This document shows positions 17,831 to 26,966 of a stretch of 64,000 nt of DNA, piece after piece. Each line of letters begins with the position of its first letter. Within the stretch, counting starts at the first letter, position 1. The notes below the pieces were generated by a model, which saw only the letters and a list, made by a program, of their open reading frames with translations, did not search any database and was not told the DNA's origin. The translations under genes were made by a program, and so were the position numbers. The stretch comes from Alphaproteobacteria bacterium (GTDB lineage Bacteria; Pseudomonadota; Alphaproteobacteria; CAAHEQ01; UBA3637), in the NCBI GenBank assembly GCA_017647405.1, contig JAGCKR010000064.1, positions 9,988 through 73,987 on the forward strand, given 5' to 3'.

Positions 17831-20155
17831 ATGCCCAAAATATCAATTATTGTTCCGGTTTATAATGTTGAACAATATTTGCCAAAATGTTTGGATAGTT
17901 TAATTAACCAAACCTTAAAAGATATTGAAATTATCTGCGTCAATGATGGGTCAACGGATGGGTCTTTATCTGTTTTAAAAGATTATGCTCAAAAAGATAA
18001 ACGTATTCGGATTATTGATAAAGAAAATTCAGGTCCTGGGGCTTGCCGAAATATGGGGATTGAAAAAGCAACTGGTGAATTTATTCAATTTGTTGATTCG
18101 GATGATTGGATTGAACCTGAAACTTGCGAAGTTTGTTATCAAAAAGCCAAAGAACATAATGTTGATATGGTCAGCTTTAATGCCTTATTCCATAAAAAAG
18201 AGAAATCTAATCCATATATTTATTATAATATAAATGAGGAAAAAATAATCACATGGCAAGATATTTCCAGAGTTCTTTTTCAGAGCCATTTTAATGTTTG
18301 GCACTATATATTTAAAAAATCATTATTAGATAAACATCTAATTCGTTTTCCAAATATTGTGATGGGAGAAGATGTTCCTTTTACTCTAAATGCGTGGCTA
18401 TCAGTTAAAGGGGTTTATATTATACCTAAGCTGTTTTACCATTATGACGATAGTAGAGAGACTTCAATTTGTCGTTCATATCACAATAAAGTAGATACTT
18501 TTTCATTTTTAGAAATGAGTCGGAATATGATTAGTCCTTTTCAATCTAAAAGTTTAAATGAAAGTTTTTCTATGTTTAAATTAGTAAAGTTATTCTATGA
18601 ATATAGAAAAGAAATTGATGTTGTTGAACAAAAAAAATTCAAAAAATTTGTAAAAAAAATCTGTACAGAATCAGAATACAAGAAATTTATTTCGGCATGT
18701 GGTTATCAAAGGTATTTGTTTGGAAGAATTCCACTATTTGAAGCTAATAAGAAAAAAAATAAAACAATATATAAAGTTTTAGGGATTAATTTTTTAAGTA
18801 TATTAAAAAAAACAAAAAGATCACAGCGAACAGATAAAAAAGATTATAAAAAAACTTATAAATTATTGGGGGTTCCCTTTTTTAAAATTAAGAAAAAATA
18901 TAATTTTTATGGGTATAAAAAGTTTGTTTATTTTTGTGGGATTTGTGTTTATAAAAAATCAAAAGATAAATTAAATAAAAAAATTGCATCATTTAACAAA
19001 AAATATCAAAAAACACTTAAAAGATTAAAAATAAAAGTTCTAAATAAAGAGAAAATTAGAGTTGCTTTTTATGTAAATGATTCAAAGTTTAAAACACAAA
19101 AACTTTTTAATTTAATGAAAAAAAACAAATATTATCATCCATTTGTTTTGGTTGGTAAAAATTCTGTGCAGGAGAATAGTGCGGAATATCAAACGCAAGA
19201 AGAAGTTCAAAAAATTTTTGATTATTTTAAAAAAAATAAAATGGAAGTTTATTTTGCTTATGATTTTGAATCTAATAAACCGATCCCATTAAAAACGTTT
19301 AAACCTGATATTATTTTTTATTCGCGCCAATATGCATTAGCAAAAGAGCATAAAATAGATGTTATTGCAGATTATTCTTTGCCAGTATATGTTCCATACT
19401 TTGTTCCGAACTCTCCCTTGGCTGTGGAGGCAGGAAGTGAGTTTCATAACCTGTTATGGAAATATTTTATTTTAAATGCTGAAACAAAAGCAAATTATAG
19501 TCCTGTTATGCAAAATAAGGGGGAAAATTTGGTTGTGACGGGACATCCCATATTAGATGTTTATCTTGAACAGATGAAAAAACAAGAGAAGTACGTTATT
19601 TATGCACCACATTGGAGTGTTGGGGATACTTTATTGAATTATTCAACATTTGAATGGAGTGGAAAATTTATGCTCGAATGGGCGCAACAGCATCCTGAAT
19701 TTAAGTGGGTTTTTAAGCCCCATCCAATGTTATATAATCGTTTAATCACTTCTGGATATATGACTAAAGAAGAAGTTGAGAAATATTATTCTGAATGGGA
19801 AAAAATAGGGATATATTATTCTGGTCCTGATTATTTTGATTATTTTAAAAATTCAAAAGCATTGATTACCGATTGTGGGTCTTTTATTGCCGAATATTTG
19901 CCGACTGAAAAGCCGGTGATTTTAATGAGATCGTCTAGAGCGACACCTTATAATTTTTTGGGGAAAATAATATCAAACTCTTACTATAATATTCATAATT
20001 CGGATGAATTAACCGAGTGTTTAGAAAAAGTTTTAGTGCTTAAAAATGATGATAAAAAATCAAAGCGAATTCAGACGTTAACAAATTTAAATTTAATACA
20101 AAATGCATCCAATAATATTATTAAAGTTTTAAATCGGGAGTTGGGAATAAAATGA
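17831..20155 (+). CDS. Bifunctional GT2 glycosyltransferase / CDP-glycerol glycerophosphotransferase (TagF/TagB-like)
   Basis: N-terminal ISIIVPVYNVEQYLPKCLDSLINQT...VDSDD. The C-terminal domain has YAPHWS, KPHP and LITDCGSFIAEYLPTEKPVIL, which resemble the Glyphos_transf motifs YAPTWR and LITDYSS. ATG 17831 has a GGAAG RBS. Confidence 0.75.
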   Translation: MPKISIIVPVYNVEQYLPKCLDSLINQTLKDIEIICVNDGSTDGSLSVLKDYAQKDKRIRIIDKENSGPGACRNMGIEKATGEFIQFVDSDDWIEPETCEVCYQKAKEHNVDMVSFNALFHKKEKSNPYIYYNINEEKIITWQDISRVLFQSHFNVWHYIFKKSLLDKHLIRFPNIVMGEDVPFTLNAWLSVKGVYIIPKLFYHYDDSRETSICRSYHNKVDTFSFLEMSRNMISPFQSKSLNESFSMFKLVKLFYEYRKEIDVVEQKKFKKFVKKICTESEYKKFISACGYQRYLFGRIPLFEANKKKNKTIYKVLGINFLSILKKTKRSQRTDKKDYKKTYKLLGVPFFKIKKKYNFYGYKKFVYFCGICVYKKSKDKLNKKIASFNKKYQKTLKRLKIKVLNKEKIRVAFYVNDSKFKTQKLFNLMKKNKYYHPFVLVGKNSVQENSAEYQTQEEVQKIFDYFKKNKMEVYFAYDFESNKPIPLKTFKPDIIFYSRQYALAKEHKIDVIADYSLPVYVPYFVPNSPLAVEAGSEFHNLLWKYFILNAETKANYSPVMQNKGENLVVTGHPILDVYLEQMKKQEKYVIYAPHWSVGDTLLNYSTFEWSGKFMLEWAQQHPEFKWVFKPHPMLYNRLITSGYMTKEEVEKYYSEWEKIGIYYSGPDYFDYFKNSKALITDCGSFIAEYLPTEKPVILMRSSRATPYNFLGKIISNSYYNIHNSDELTECLEKVLVLKNDDKKSKRIQTLTNLNLIQNASNNIIKVLNRELGIK

Positions 20156-20544
20156 AACGAGTAATTACATATGGAACTTTTGATGTGTTGCATTATGGAC
20201 ACATTAATTTACTGAAAAGAGCCAAAGCTTTGGGTGATTATTTGATTGTTGTTCTTTCAAGTGATGAGTTTAATAAACAAAAAAATAAGCAATCATTTTA
20301 TACTTATGAACAACGCAAAATGATATTGGAAGCTTGCAGATATGTTGATTTAGTTATTCCTGAATATAATTGGGAGCAAAAAGTTGAAGATGTGAAAAAA
20401 TATCAAGCTGATGTCTTCGTGATGGGTGATGATTGGAAAGGTCAATTTGATTTTTTAAAAGATTATTGCGAAGTTGTTTATTTGCCAAGAACCCCAGATG
20501 TTTGCTCGACGAATACCAAAAAACATTTGAAAGAGAAAGGGTAA
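20152..20544 (+). CDS. tagD: Glycerol-3-phosphate cytidylyltransferase
   Basis: MKRVITYGTFDVLHYGHINLLKRAKALGDYLIV is a near-canonical TagD/TarD N-terminus. 130 aa. Its ATG overlaps the upstream TGA stop. Confidence 0.85.
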   Translation: MKRVITYGTFDVLHYGHINLLKRAKALGDYLIVVLSSDEFNKQKNKQSFYTYEQRKMILEACRYVDLVIPEYNWEQKVEDVKKYQADVFVMGDDWKGQFDFLKDYCEVVYLPRTPDVCSTNTKKHLKEKG

Positions 20545-20552
20545 TAAAAACA

Positions 20553-21665
20553 ATGAATCCAATAACACCTGTTTTTGAAAAAAATAATATTGCGATTTGT
20601 TTTTCTACAGATAATAATTTTGTTCCATATTTAGCTGTTGTTATGCAATCATTGGTACATAATATTTCACAGTTTAATAACTATGATATTGTAATTTTAG
20701 AAGAGAATTTAACAGATTTTCATAAAAAAGACTTTTTTAAGTATTCAAGAGAAAATGTTTCCATTAGATTTATAAATATGACTTCATATATGGAATCTTA
20801 TAAAGATGTATGGTATATTCATAATTGGGGTAAAAAATGGCACTCTTTAAGTGTTTATTATCGATTTTTTATTCCTGAAATATTTAAAGAGTATCAAAAG
20901 GTTGTTTTTTTGGATGGGGATATCATTATTAATATTGATATTGCTGAATTATACAATGTTGATTTAAAAGAAAATTTAGTTGGTGCAGTTCAGGATTTTG
21001 CAAGAAATATCAAAAATGACGCTATAGCAGAATATTCTGAAAAAGTTTTGGATGTTGATAGAAAAAAATATTTTAATGCAGGGGTTCTTGTTTTTAATTT
21101 GAAAAAATTAACAAAAATAAAATTTTTGGATAATTGTATTAAAACACTCCAAGAAATTGGTCGCCCTAAATTACAAGATCAAGATATTTTAAATATTGTT
21201 TTAAAAGATCAAGTCTTATATTTAAATAACGCATATAATTGTTTGTTTTGGTCCATTTTACACGGACGGAGCAATGCTAAAGAACTACTAGACTCAGAAC
21301 TTTATAGTTTATGGGAGGAAATGGCAAAAAATCCAAAAATATTCCATTATGCAGGCTCTAGAAAACCTTGGAGTGAACCTAATTTAGAATATGCAACTTA
21401 CTTTTGGTCATATGCTCGTCAAACCCCATTTTATGAAGAGATTTTGGGTAGAATGATTGATTTTAAAATTTCTCAACGACAGAATCAAAATATTTTTCAA
21501 AACTATCCGAGTATGTTTTTTTTGAATGCTAAAAAAATCATTTATAAAATTAAAAAGTTATTTTCAAAGGGTGAAAAAAGAAAAAAATATAAAATGAAAT
21601 ATAAAAAAGTTAAATCGATTATAAAAGAAGCTAAGAAGTTTAAAAAAAATCTTTTTAAAATTTAA
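20553..21665 (+). CDS. Glycosyltransferase family 8 (LgtC/RfaJ-like)
   Basis: FSTDNNFVPYLAVVMQSL, VVFLDGDIII, YFNAGVLVFN, QDQDILN and HYAGSRKPW motifs. Lys-rich amphipathic C-terminal tail. ATG 20553 replaces the track start at 20466. Confidence 0.75.
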   Translation: MNPITPVFEKNNIAICFSTDNNFVPYLAVVMQSLVHNISQFNNYDIVILEENLTDFHKKDFFKYSRENVSIRFINMTSYMESYKDVWYIHNWGKKWHSLSVYYRFFIPEIFKEYQKVVFLDGDIIINIDIAELYNVDLKENLVGAVQDFARNIKNDAIAEYSEKVLDVDRKKYFNAGVLVFNLKKLTKIKFLDNCIKTLQEIGRPKLQDQDILNIVLKDQVLYLNNAYNCLFWSILHGRSNAKELLDSELYSLWEEMAKNPKIFHYAGSRKPWSEPNLEYATYFWSYARQTPFYEEILGRMIDFKISQRQNQNIFQNYPSMFFLNAKKIIYKIKKLFSKGEKRKKYKMKYKKVKSIIKEAKKFKKNLFKI

Positions 21666-21670
21666 TACCA

Positions 21671-21701
21671 AAAAAAAGCGAGTCGTCTGACTCGCTTTTT
21701 T
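21671..21701. terminator. Bidirectional rho-independent terminator between convergent genes
   Basis: A7-AGCGAGTC-gtct-GACTCGCT-T6. Confidence 0.8.
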
Positions 21702-21717
21702 ATATCCAAAGAAACTT

Positions 21718-22182
21718 TTATTGTCTTTGTGAACTATCTCTTCCGCCGGCATCGTAACGGCCGAAGTTTTTAACCAATTGTTCCATAACAGAAAGTTCTT
21801 TGCCTGTAACTTTTGTGTGAGCTTCATCAAAGGCAACTTCATTGCCGTCTTTTAACGTAAAATGCTCAACGGCATTGACTGTTTTATTCGGTGCAAAAGA
21901 AATCACGTATATATCGCGTTCAATTTCTTCAGGATGAAAGAATGCTCTGTTTTCCTTTTTCGTTTTAAAATAAATATAAAACGATTCTCGGCCAATTTTA
22001 TTTTCAAAAATCGGATTCCCAAGCAAATCAACAACTTTCTCTTGAGAAATGCCTTTTGTTATCAGACTTAATCTTTTTTCGGATGGCAAATCTCCGCTTT
22101 GATATGTTTCAAATCCACAAGCGGATAAAAGAATTGTGCCTGAAAGCAAAGATAAATAAATAAGTTTCTTGAACATTGTCAC
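21718..22182 (-). CDS. bamE: Outer membrane assembly lipoprotein BamE (SmpA/OmlA)
   Basis: Lipobox LLSAC and a SmpA/OmlA-like GISQEKVVDLLGNP region. Divergent from yceD, as in many Alphaproteobacteria. Confidence 0.7.
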   Translation of the reverse strand: MTMFKKLIYLSLLSGTILLSACGFETYQSGDLPSEKRLSLITKGISQEKVVDLLGNPIFENKIGRESFYIYFKTKKENRAFFHPEEIERDIYVISFAPNKTVNAVEHFTLKDGNEVAFDEAHTKVTGKELSVMEQLVKNFGRYDAGGRDSSQRQ

Positions 22183-22237
22183 CTTCTTTGATATAATAAA
22201 TTTAATTTAATATAAGCAGAAGAAAGGTATTTCGTCA

Positions 22238-22768
22238 ATGGAAAAATCTGTTAATCATAAAAAAGACATTGCTTTTGTGCTCGATACAAGAACGGTTAAT
22301 AAAACCAAAAAACATTATGTGTTGGAAGCCAATGATACGCAAAAAGAAAATTTGAAAAAGTTTTTTGAATTGCCGGCTATTAAAAATTTGAGCTTTGAAT
22401 TTGATGTTTTTTTGAATAAGGATTGTATCGAAATTAATGGCATTTTAAAAGCGGTTGTGACGCAAAAATGCGTTGTTTCTTTAAATGAGTTTGATGAAAA
22501 AATTAATGAAGGTGTTCGTCTTTTATTTACGGAAGATGAAGCTCTTTATCAGTCGCTTTTAAAAACGGAAGATTTTTCATTGGAAGATGAGGATGTTGAA
22601 CTCATTGAAAAAGGCAAAATTTATTTTTATGATCTTGTGCAAGAACAATTAGGTCTTGCTCTTAATCCGTTTCCTAAAAAAACAGATGAGGCATTTTCTT
22701 ATTATGAATTAAAAGCCGAAGAAGTGAAGGAGAATCCGTTTAGTGTTTTAAAACACTTGACAAAATAG
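22238..22768 (+). CDS. yceD: YceD/DUF177 family protein
   Basis: 176 aa, an acidic protein with C-terminal LGLALNPFPKK. Confidence 0.7.
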   Translation: MEKSVNHKKDIAFVLDTRTVNKTKKHYVLEANDTQKENLKKFFELPAIKNLSFEFDVFLNKDCIEINGILKAVVTQKCVVSLNEFDEKINEGVRLLFTEDEALYQSLLKTEDFSLEDEDVELIEKGKIYFYDLVQEQLGLALNPFPKKTDEAFSYYELKAEEVKENPFSVLKHLTK

Positions 22769-22810
22769 TTAAATATGTTAAAATAAAAGAAGAATAACAT
22801 ATTGATATAG

Positions 22811-23647
22811 GTGGGTAATATGGAAAAAGAATTGGAAACCGGCGTGGAAGAAAAAGACGTTAACGAGGAAAAAGAAACAGAGCATGTTGAAGAGCCTGTT
22901 GAAAATGAAGAGTCTTTAAATAATGCTGCTGATGAAAATCAAAAGTCTGAACCAACGCCGGCTGATTTGATTAAACAACAAGCACTTCAAGCTGAGTATG
23001 TTGAAAAAATGAATGCTTTGTTGAATAAAAATGAAATTACGGATGAAGATATTCAAACGGTTGATTTCGTTAAATCCGAATTGTTATCTCAGTTGGTGGG
23101 AGTTGCTGTTTTTTCAAGTACGCTTGGTATGGATGATTCCAAAATAAAAGGAGCCGATGCTTTATCAACGCATATAACAAATGTTTATGTGAAAGCGGCT
23201 TTATTGCGCGAAAAAATGGAAAGAAAACGTTTAGCCCAACTTGAAAAAATGGATGTGGCAGATGCTTATTTTGGTCCGAACCAAGAAGGGTCAAATGCGG
23301 CAAATAAGGTGACTGTGATAACGGATATGATGTTATTGCCAAGAAATCATCATCAATTAACTGTGGCGTTGTCTAATTCTTCTCCGCAATTAGCTGCGGC
23401 TTTAAATCTTGTTGAATTTGCAAAAGATCCAGAAGCAAGATTAACGGCGATGATGCCGGATTTGATGCAGGAGTTTAAAGATAAAACAACGGCTGACGAA
23501 CAAAAAGGCTTTTCTGCTTGGGCTGAAAAAATTGTTTCCGGTTTGGCTCAGATGAATTCAAAAGGTTCAATGATGGCTGCGTTACAAGGCGTGAAGTTAG
23601 GTCAAACGTTAGCTAGGGTAAGTGGCGCTAATGAATTAGCAGGATAA
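22811..23647 (+). CDS. Hypothetical protein (acidic N-terminus)
   Basis: Long ORF with ordinary composition and no family recognised. The start could be GTG 22811 or ATG 22820. Confidence 0.5.
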   Translation: MGNMEKELETGVEEKDVNEEKETEHVEEPVENEESLNNAADENQKSEPTPADLIKQQALQAEYVEKMNALLNKNEITDEDIQTVDFVKSELLSQLVGVAVFSSTLGMDDSKIKGADALSTHITNVYVKAALLREKMERKRLAQLEKMDVADAYFGPNQEGSNAANKVTVITDMMLLPRNHHQLTVALSNSSPQLAAALNLVEFAKDPEARLTAMMPDLMQEFKDKTTADEQKGFSAWAEKIVSGLAQMNSKGSMMAALQGVKLGQTLARVSGANELAG

Positions 23648-23657
23648 GGAGTTTATT

Positions 23658-24305
23658 ATGGCGGAAGAATCTTTTTATACGGATAAGGTTACCGAATATC
23701 GAAAAAATTCAAGATTCCCGACATTGAGCCGTTATCGTGATTTAATTAATTTTTTAAAAAATGTTTTTTCGGATGGAATTGTAACCGGTCAAGAGCTTGA
23801 TATTGTAACAAAAGTTGAACGCGATATTTTGCTTGAATATGAATTGGCGGCGGATATTTGTTCTAAATTACCGCCGGATTCGGAACGAAAAACAGCGGCA
23901 GAACGCTTGTTAAATCATTTGTATCGCTGTTTTATTGTTGTTAGTTTTGCAAAAGATAGGGCGCGTCTTCAACATGCAAATCAATCTTCGCGCTCTAAGG
24001 CGGAGCGGATTATTCGTCCTCTTGAAGTTGATAAAAAACTTAAAGTCAAAACAACTTTGGCTCAACGCATTTTGCTTGAAGGGTTAGGAAATGAACGGGC
24101 ACGTATTGAAGCGGATTTGCCTCGTATTCGGCGCGATTTGGCGAAATTAACACCGGAAGAACGCGTTGAATATGAAGGGATGATTAATGCGGCCTTGGAT
24201 CATTTAGAGCGAATAAATCATGAATGTTTGAATGTTCAAGAGATGAATCGTCTTTTGGGGCTTGAAAAGTATTTGAATGATGAAAAAGACCATGTTCGCG
24301 AATAA
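23658..24305 (+). CDS. Hypothetical protein
   Basis: 215-aa ORF, 10 nt after the previous stop, with an AAGGAG RBS. No family recognised. Confidence 0.5.
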   Translation: MAEESFYTDKVTEYRKNSRFPTLSRYRDLINFLKNVFSDGIVTGQELDIVTKVERDILLEYELAADICSKLPPDSERKTAAERLLNHLYRCFIVVSFAKDRARLQHANQSSRSKAERIIRPLEVDKKLKVKTTLAQRILLEGLGNERARIEADLPRIRRDLAKLTPEERVEYEGMINAALDHLERINHECLNVQEMNRLLGLEKYLNDEKDHVRE

Positions 24306-24329
24306 TTTTGAACTTTTATAAAAAAATGC

Positions 24330-24358
24330 TTGACTTTCTTATATAAAAACTGTATAAA
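24330..24358 (+). promoter_or_regulatory. Putative sigma70-type promoter of rpmH-rnpA
   Basis: TTGACT (24330-24335), 17-nt spacer, TATAAA (24353-24358). Confidence 0.5.
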
Positions 24359-24437
24359 GAAGAACACTTTAATTAAAACAGGCCCGAAACAGGCGGTCTG
24401 ATAATGCCATAATGATATTAATTTAAGGAGAAATAAG

Positions 24438-24572
24438 ATGAAACGCACATATCAACCAAGTAAGCTTGTTCGGACACGTCGTCATGGGTTCAGAGCAAGA
24501 ATGGCCACATTAGGTGGTCGCAAAGTTTTGAACGCTCGTCGTCGTAAAGGTCGCAAAGTTTTAAGCGCTTAA
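24438..24572 (+). CDS. rpmH: 50S ribosomal protein L34
   Basis: Hand translation gives [53 protein letters not shown]. It is below the ORF-track size cutoff. Confidence 0.95.
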   Translation: MKRTYQPSKLVRTRRHGFRARMATLGGRKVLNARRRKGRKVLSA

Positions 24573-24612
24573 GTTTAACCATAAGAGACGAAACAGTTTA
24601 AACGAAATTAAA

Positions 24613-24642
24613 AGGGAGCGATGCGATATTGTTCCCTTTTTT
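24613..24642 (+). terminator. Hairpin plus T-run between rpmH and rnpA (attenuator/terminator)
   Basis: GGGAGC-11 nt-GTTCCC followed by T6. Confidence 0.5.
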
Positions 24643-24657
24643 CATTGAAAGAAGAAG

Positions 24658-25056
24658 ATGCTAAAAATCACAAATGAGCAACCATTAAGAATGAAAAAAC
24701 GCCGTATGTTTTTAAAAGCAACGCATAACGGCAAAAAGTTTGTTGCAAAAAACATGATATTGCAAGTGGTTGCGCAAAATGAAGTTTCGGGTGCGCGTTT
24801 GGGGTTTACGGTAACAAAAAAACTTGGAAATGCAGTTCAAAGAAACCGTATTAGAAGGCGGTTAAAAGAAGTTGCTCGACTTGTTTTTAAAGAATATGCT
24901 TGCGATGGGTTTGATTATGTGATTATTGCAAGAAATTCGGCATTGGATGAAGATTTTGCCATTCTTAAAAAAGATTTAAAATATCTTTTAAAATCTTTTA
25001 TCAAGCGTCAATCAGAAGAAGAGGAACAAAAACAAGATGTTGAAATTTCTGAATAA
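24658..25056 (+). CDS. rnpA: Ribonuclease P protein component
   Basis: [25 protein letters not shown] (RNR motif). The start is uncertain, 24658 or 24691. Confidence 0.85.
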   Translation: MLKITNEQPLRMKKRRMFLKATHNGKKFVAKNMILQVVAQNEVSGARLGFTVTKKLGNAVQRNRIRRRLKEVARLVFKEYACDGFDYVIIARNSALDEDFAILKKDLKYLLKSFIKRQSEEEEQKQDVEISE

Positions 25057-25285
25057 ATCAGCATTGTTTTTTTGTTTATTTTTAATTAGGGTTTATCAAC
25101 TTGTTCTTTCGCCGATAAAGGGGAATATTTGTCGGTTTCAGCCAACCTGTTCCGACTATGCAAAAGAAGCTTTTTTGTTGCATGGGGTTGTAAAAGGTGC
25201 TATTTTAACAGGAAAGCGACTTTTAAAATGTCATCCATGGGGCGGATCGGGATATGATCCTGTTCCAAATAAATTATCAAAATAA
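25037..25285 (+). CDS. yidD: Membrane protein insertion efficiency factor YidD
   Basis: [14 protein letters not shown]...[12 protein letters not shown]. Confidence 0.85.
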   Translation: MLKFLNKSALFFCLFLIRVYQLVLSPIKGNICRFQPTCSDYAKEAFLLHGVVKGAILTGKRLLKCHPWGGSGYDPVPNKLSK

Positions 25286-25295
25286 GGGAATATAT

Positions 25296-26966
25296 ATGAG
25301 TAATAAATTAGATAATCCGCAAAAAGAAGAAGTTAAAAATATGATGGTTGCCATGGTTTTGGTAACGTTGATATTTTTTGGATTTAATTATATGAATGCG
25401 CCAACAAAACAATCTGCCGAAAATAGTGCGGTTGTTGAAACCATTCAGTCGTCAGATAAACCAACAGAGGTAATAGAAGGTGGGGCGACTGAAACGGCAG
25501 TTCAGGAAGTTGTGGTTCAAAAAACGGAACCGGTAACTCTTGAAAATGAATATGTTAAAGCTTCTTTTGATGCGGCTTTGGGGGGGATAACAGATTTATC
25601 TTTATTAAAATATAAAGAATCGATTGAAGATGACTCTAAAAAAGTTCAGCTTTTTAATAATGATTATTTCACTAATTTGATGTGGCAAAGTAAAGATGTG
25701 AATTTGCCTCATTTGAATTCTTTGTGGGTATTAAATGAAGAAGCCTCAACACCAACAACAAAGGTTTTTGTTTTTTCAAATGCTGATGTTAAAATTGAAA
25801 GAATTGTTTCTCTTGATGATAAATATATGATTTCAATTACGGATAAAGTTTATAATTTGAAAGATCAGCCAATTAAAGTTTATCAACAAGGTTCTTTTGA
25901 AAGAAAAATGGATCAAATGCCACCGGTTTCAACGGTGCATCAAGGGTTTGTCGGATTTTTAAATGATGAATTAGTTGAAGAAAAATATGCTGATAAGCCG
26001 ATTATTTATTCTGGAAGAAGCTCAGCCGGTTGGTTTGGATTAACGGATAAATATTGGCAAGGATTAATGGTTTTAGGCGATGACGAAACCGTTGCTGTAA
26101 CTTTTTCTTCTGATAAAGATAAAAAATATATTGCTCGTTTTGAAACGGATAACATCTTGATTCCGGCACAAGGAAACATTGAAAAAAAAGTGATGCTTTT
26201 TGCTGGCGCAAAAGATATTGATGTGATTAATGATTATCAAAAATCTTTAAATATCAAACATTTTGATTTAAGTTTGGATTTTGGTTGGTTCCGCTTTTTA
26301 ACGCAACCGTTTTTGCATTTCTTAAATTATCTTTATTCGTTAATTGGTAACATGGGTGTTGCTATTATCGTGTTTGCGACACTCATCCGTTTTGCCATGC
26401 TTCCAATCGCAACAAAATCATATGAAAGTATGGCTAAAATGCGTAAGGTTCAACCGAAATTGAAGCAAATTCAAATGCGTTTTAAAGATGACCCGCGTCG
26501 TCTTCAAATGGAAATGGCAAATCTTTATAAACGGGAAAAGATTAATCCTGCTTCCGGATGTTTGCCTCTTTTATTGCAAATTCCGGTTTTCTTTGCTTTG
26601 TATAAAGTTCTTTCTATTTCGATTAATATGAGACAGGCGCCATTTTTTGGATGGATTGAAGATTTATCCATGCCGGATCCGTTAACAATTTTTAATGGAT
26701 TTGGGTATTTTGATTGGAATGTTCCTGCTTTCCTTTGCATTGGAATTTGGCCGATTTTGATGGGGATCACAATGTATGTTCAACAAAAACTTTCGCCAAC
26801 TCCGACAACGGATAATGCTCAAGCAAAAATGATGCAGTTTTTACCTGTTATTTTCACGTTAATGATGGCTTCATTTGCTTCCGGTTTAATTATTTATTGG
26901 ACGTGGAGCAATGTTCTTTCAATTATTCAACAAAAATACATCATGAAAAAAGTGGGAGTTAACTAA
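25296..26966 (+). CDS. yidC: Membrane protein insertase YidC
   Basis: N-terminal TM, a large periplasmic domain and a conserved C-terminal core (GCLPLLLQIPVFFALYKVL). ATG 25296 is preferred over 25254, which lies inside yidD. Confidence 0.9.
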   Translation: MSNKLDNPQKEEVKNMMVAMVLVTLIFFGFNYMNAPTKQSAENSAVVETIQSSDKPTEVIEGGATETAVQEVVVQKTEPVTLENEYVKASFDAALGGITDLSLLKYKESIEDDSKKVQLFNNDYFTNLMWQSKDVNLPHLNSLWVLNEEASTPTTKVFVFSNADVKIERIVSLDDKYMISITDKVYNLKDQPIKVYQQGSFERKMDQMPPVSTVHQGFVGFLNDELVEEKYADKPIIYSGRSSAGWFGLTDKYWQGLMVLGDDETVAVTFSSDKDKKYIARFETDNILIPAQGNIEKKVMLFAGAKDIDVINDYQKSLNIKHFDLSLDFGWFRFLTQPFLHFLNYLYSLIGNMGVAIIVFATLIRFAMLPIATKSYESMAKMRKVQPKLKQIQMRFKDDPRRLQMEMANLYKREKINPASGCLPLLLQIPVFFALYKVLSISINMRQAPFFGWIEDLSMPDPLTIFNGFGYFDWNVPAFLCIGIWPILMGITMYVQQKLSPTPTTDNAQAKMMQFLPVIFTLMMASFASGLIIYWTWSNVLSIIQQKYIMKKVGVN

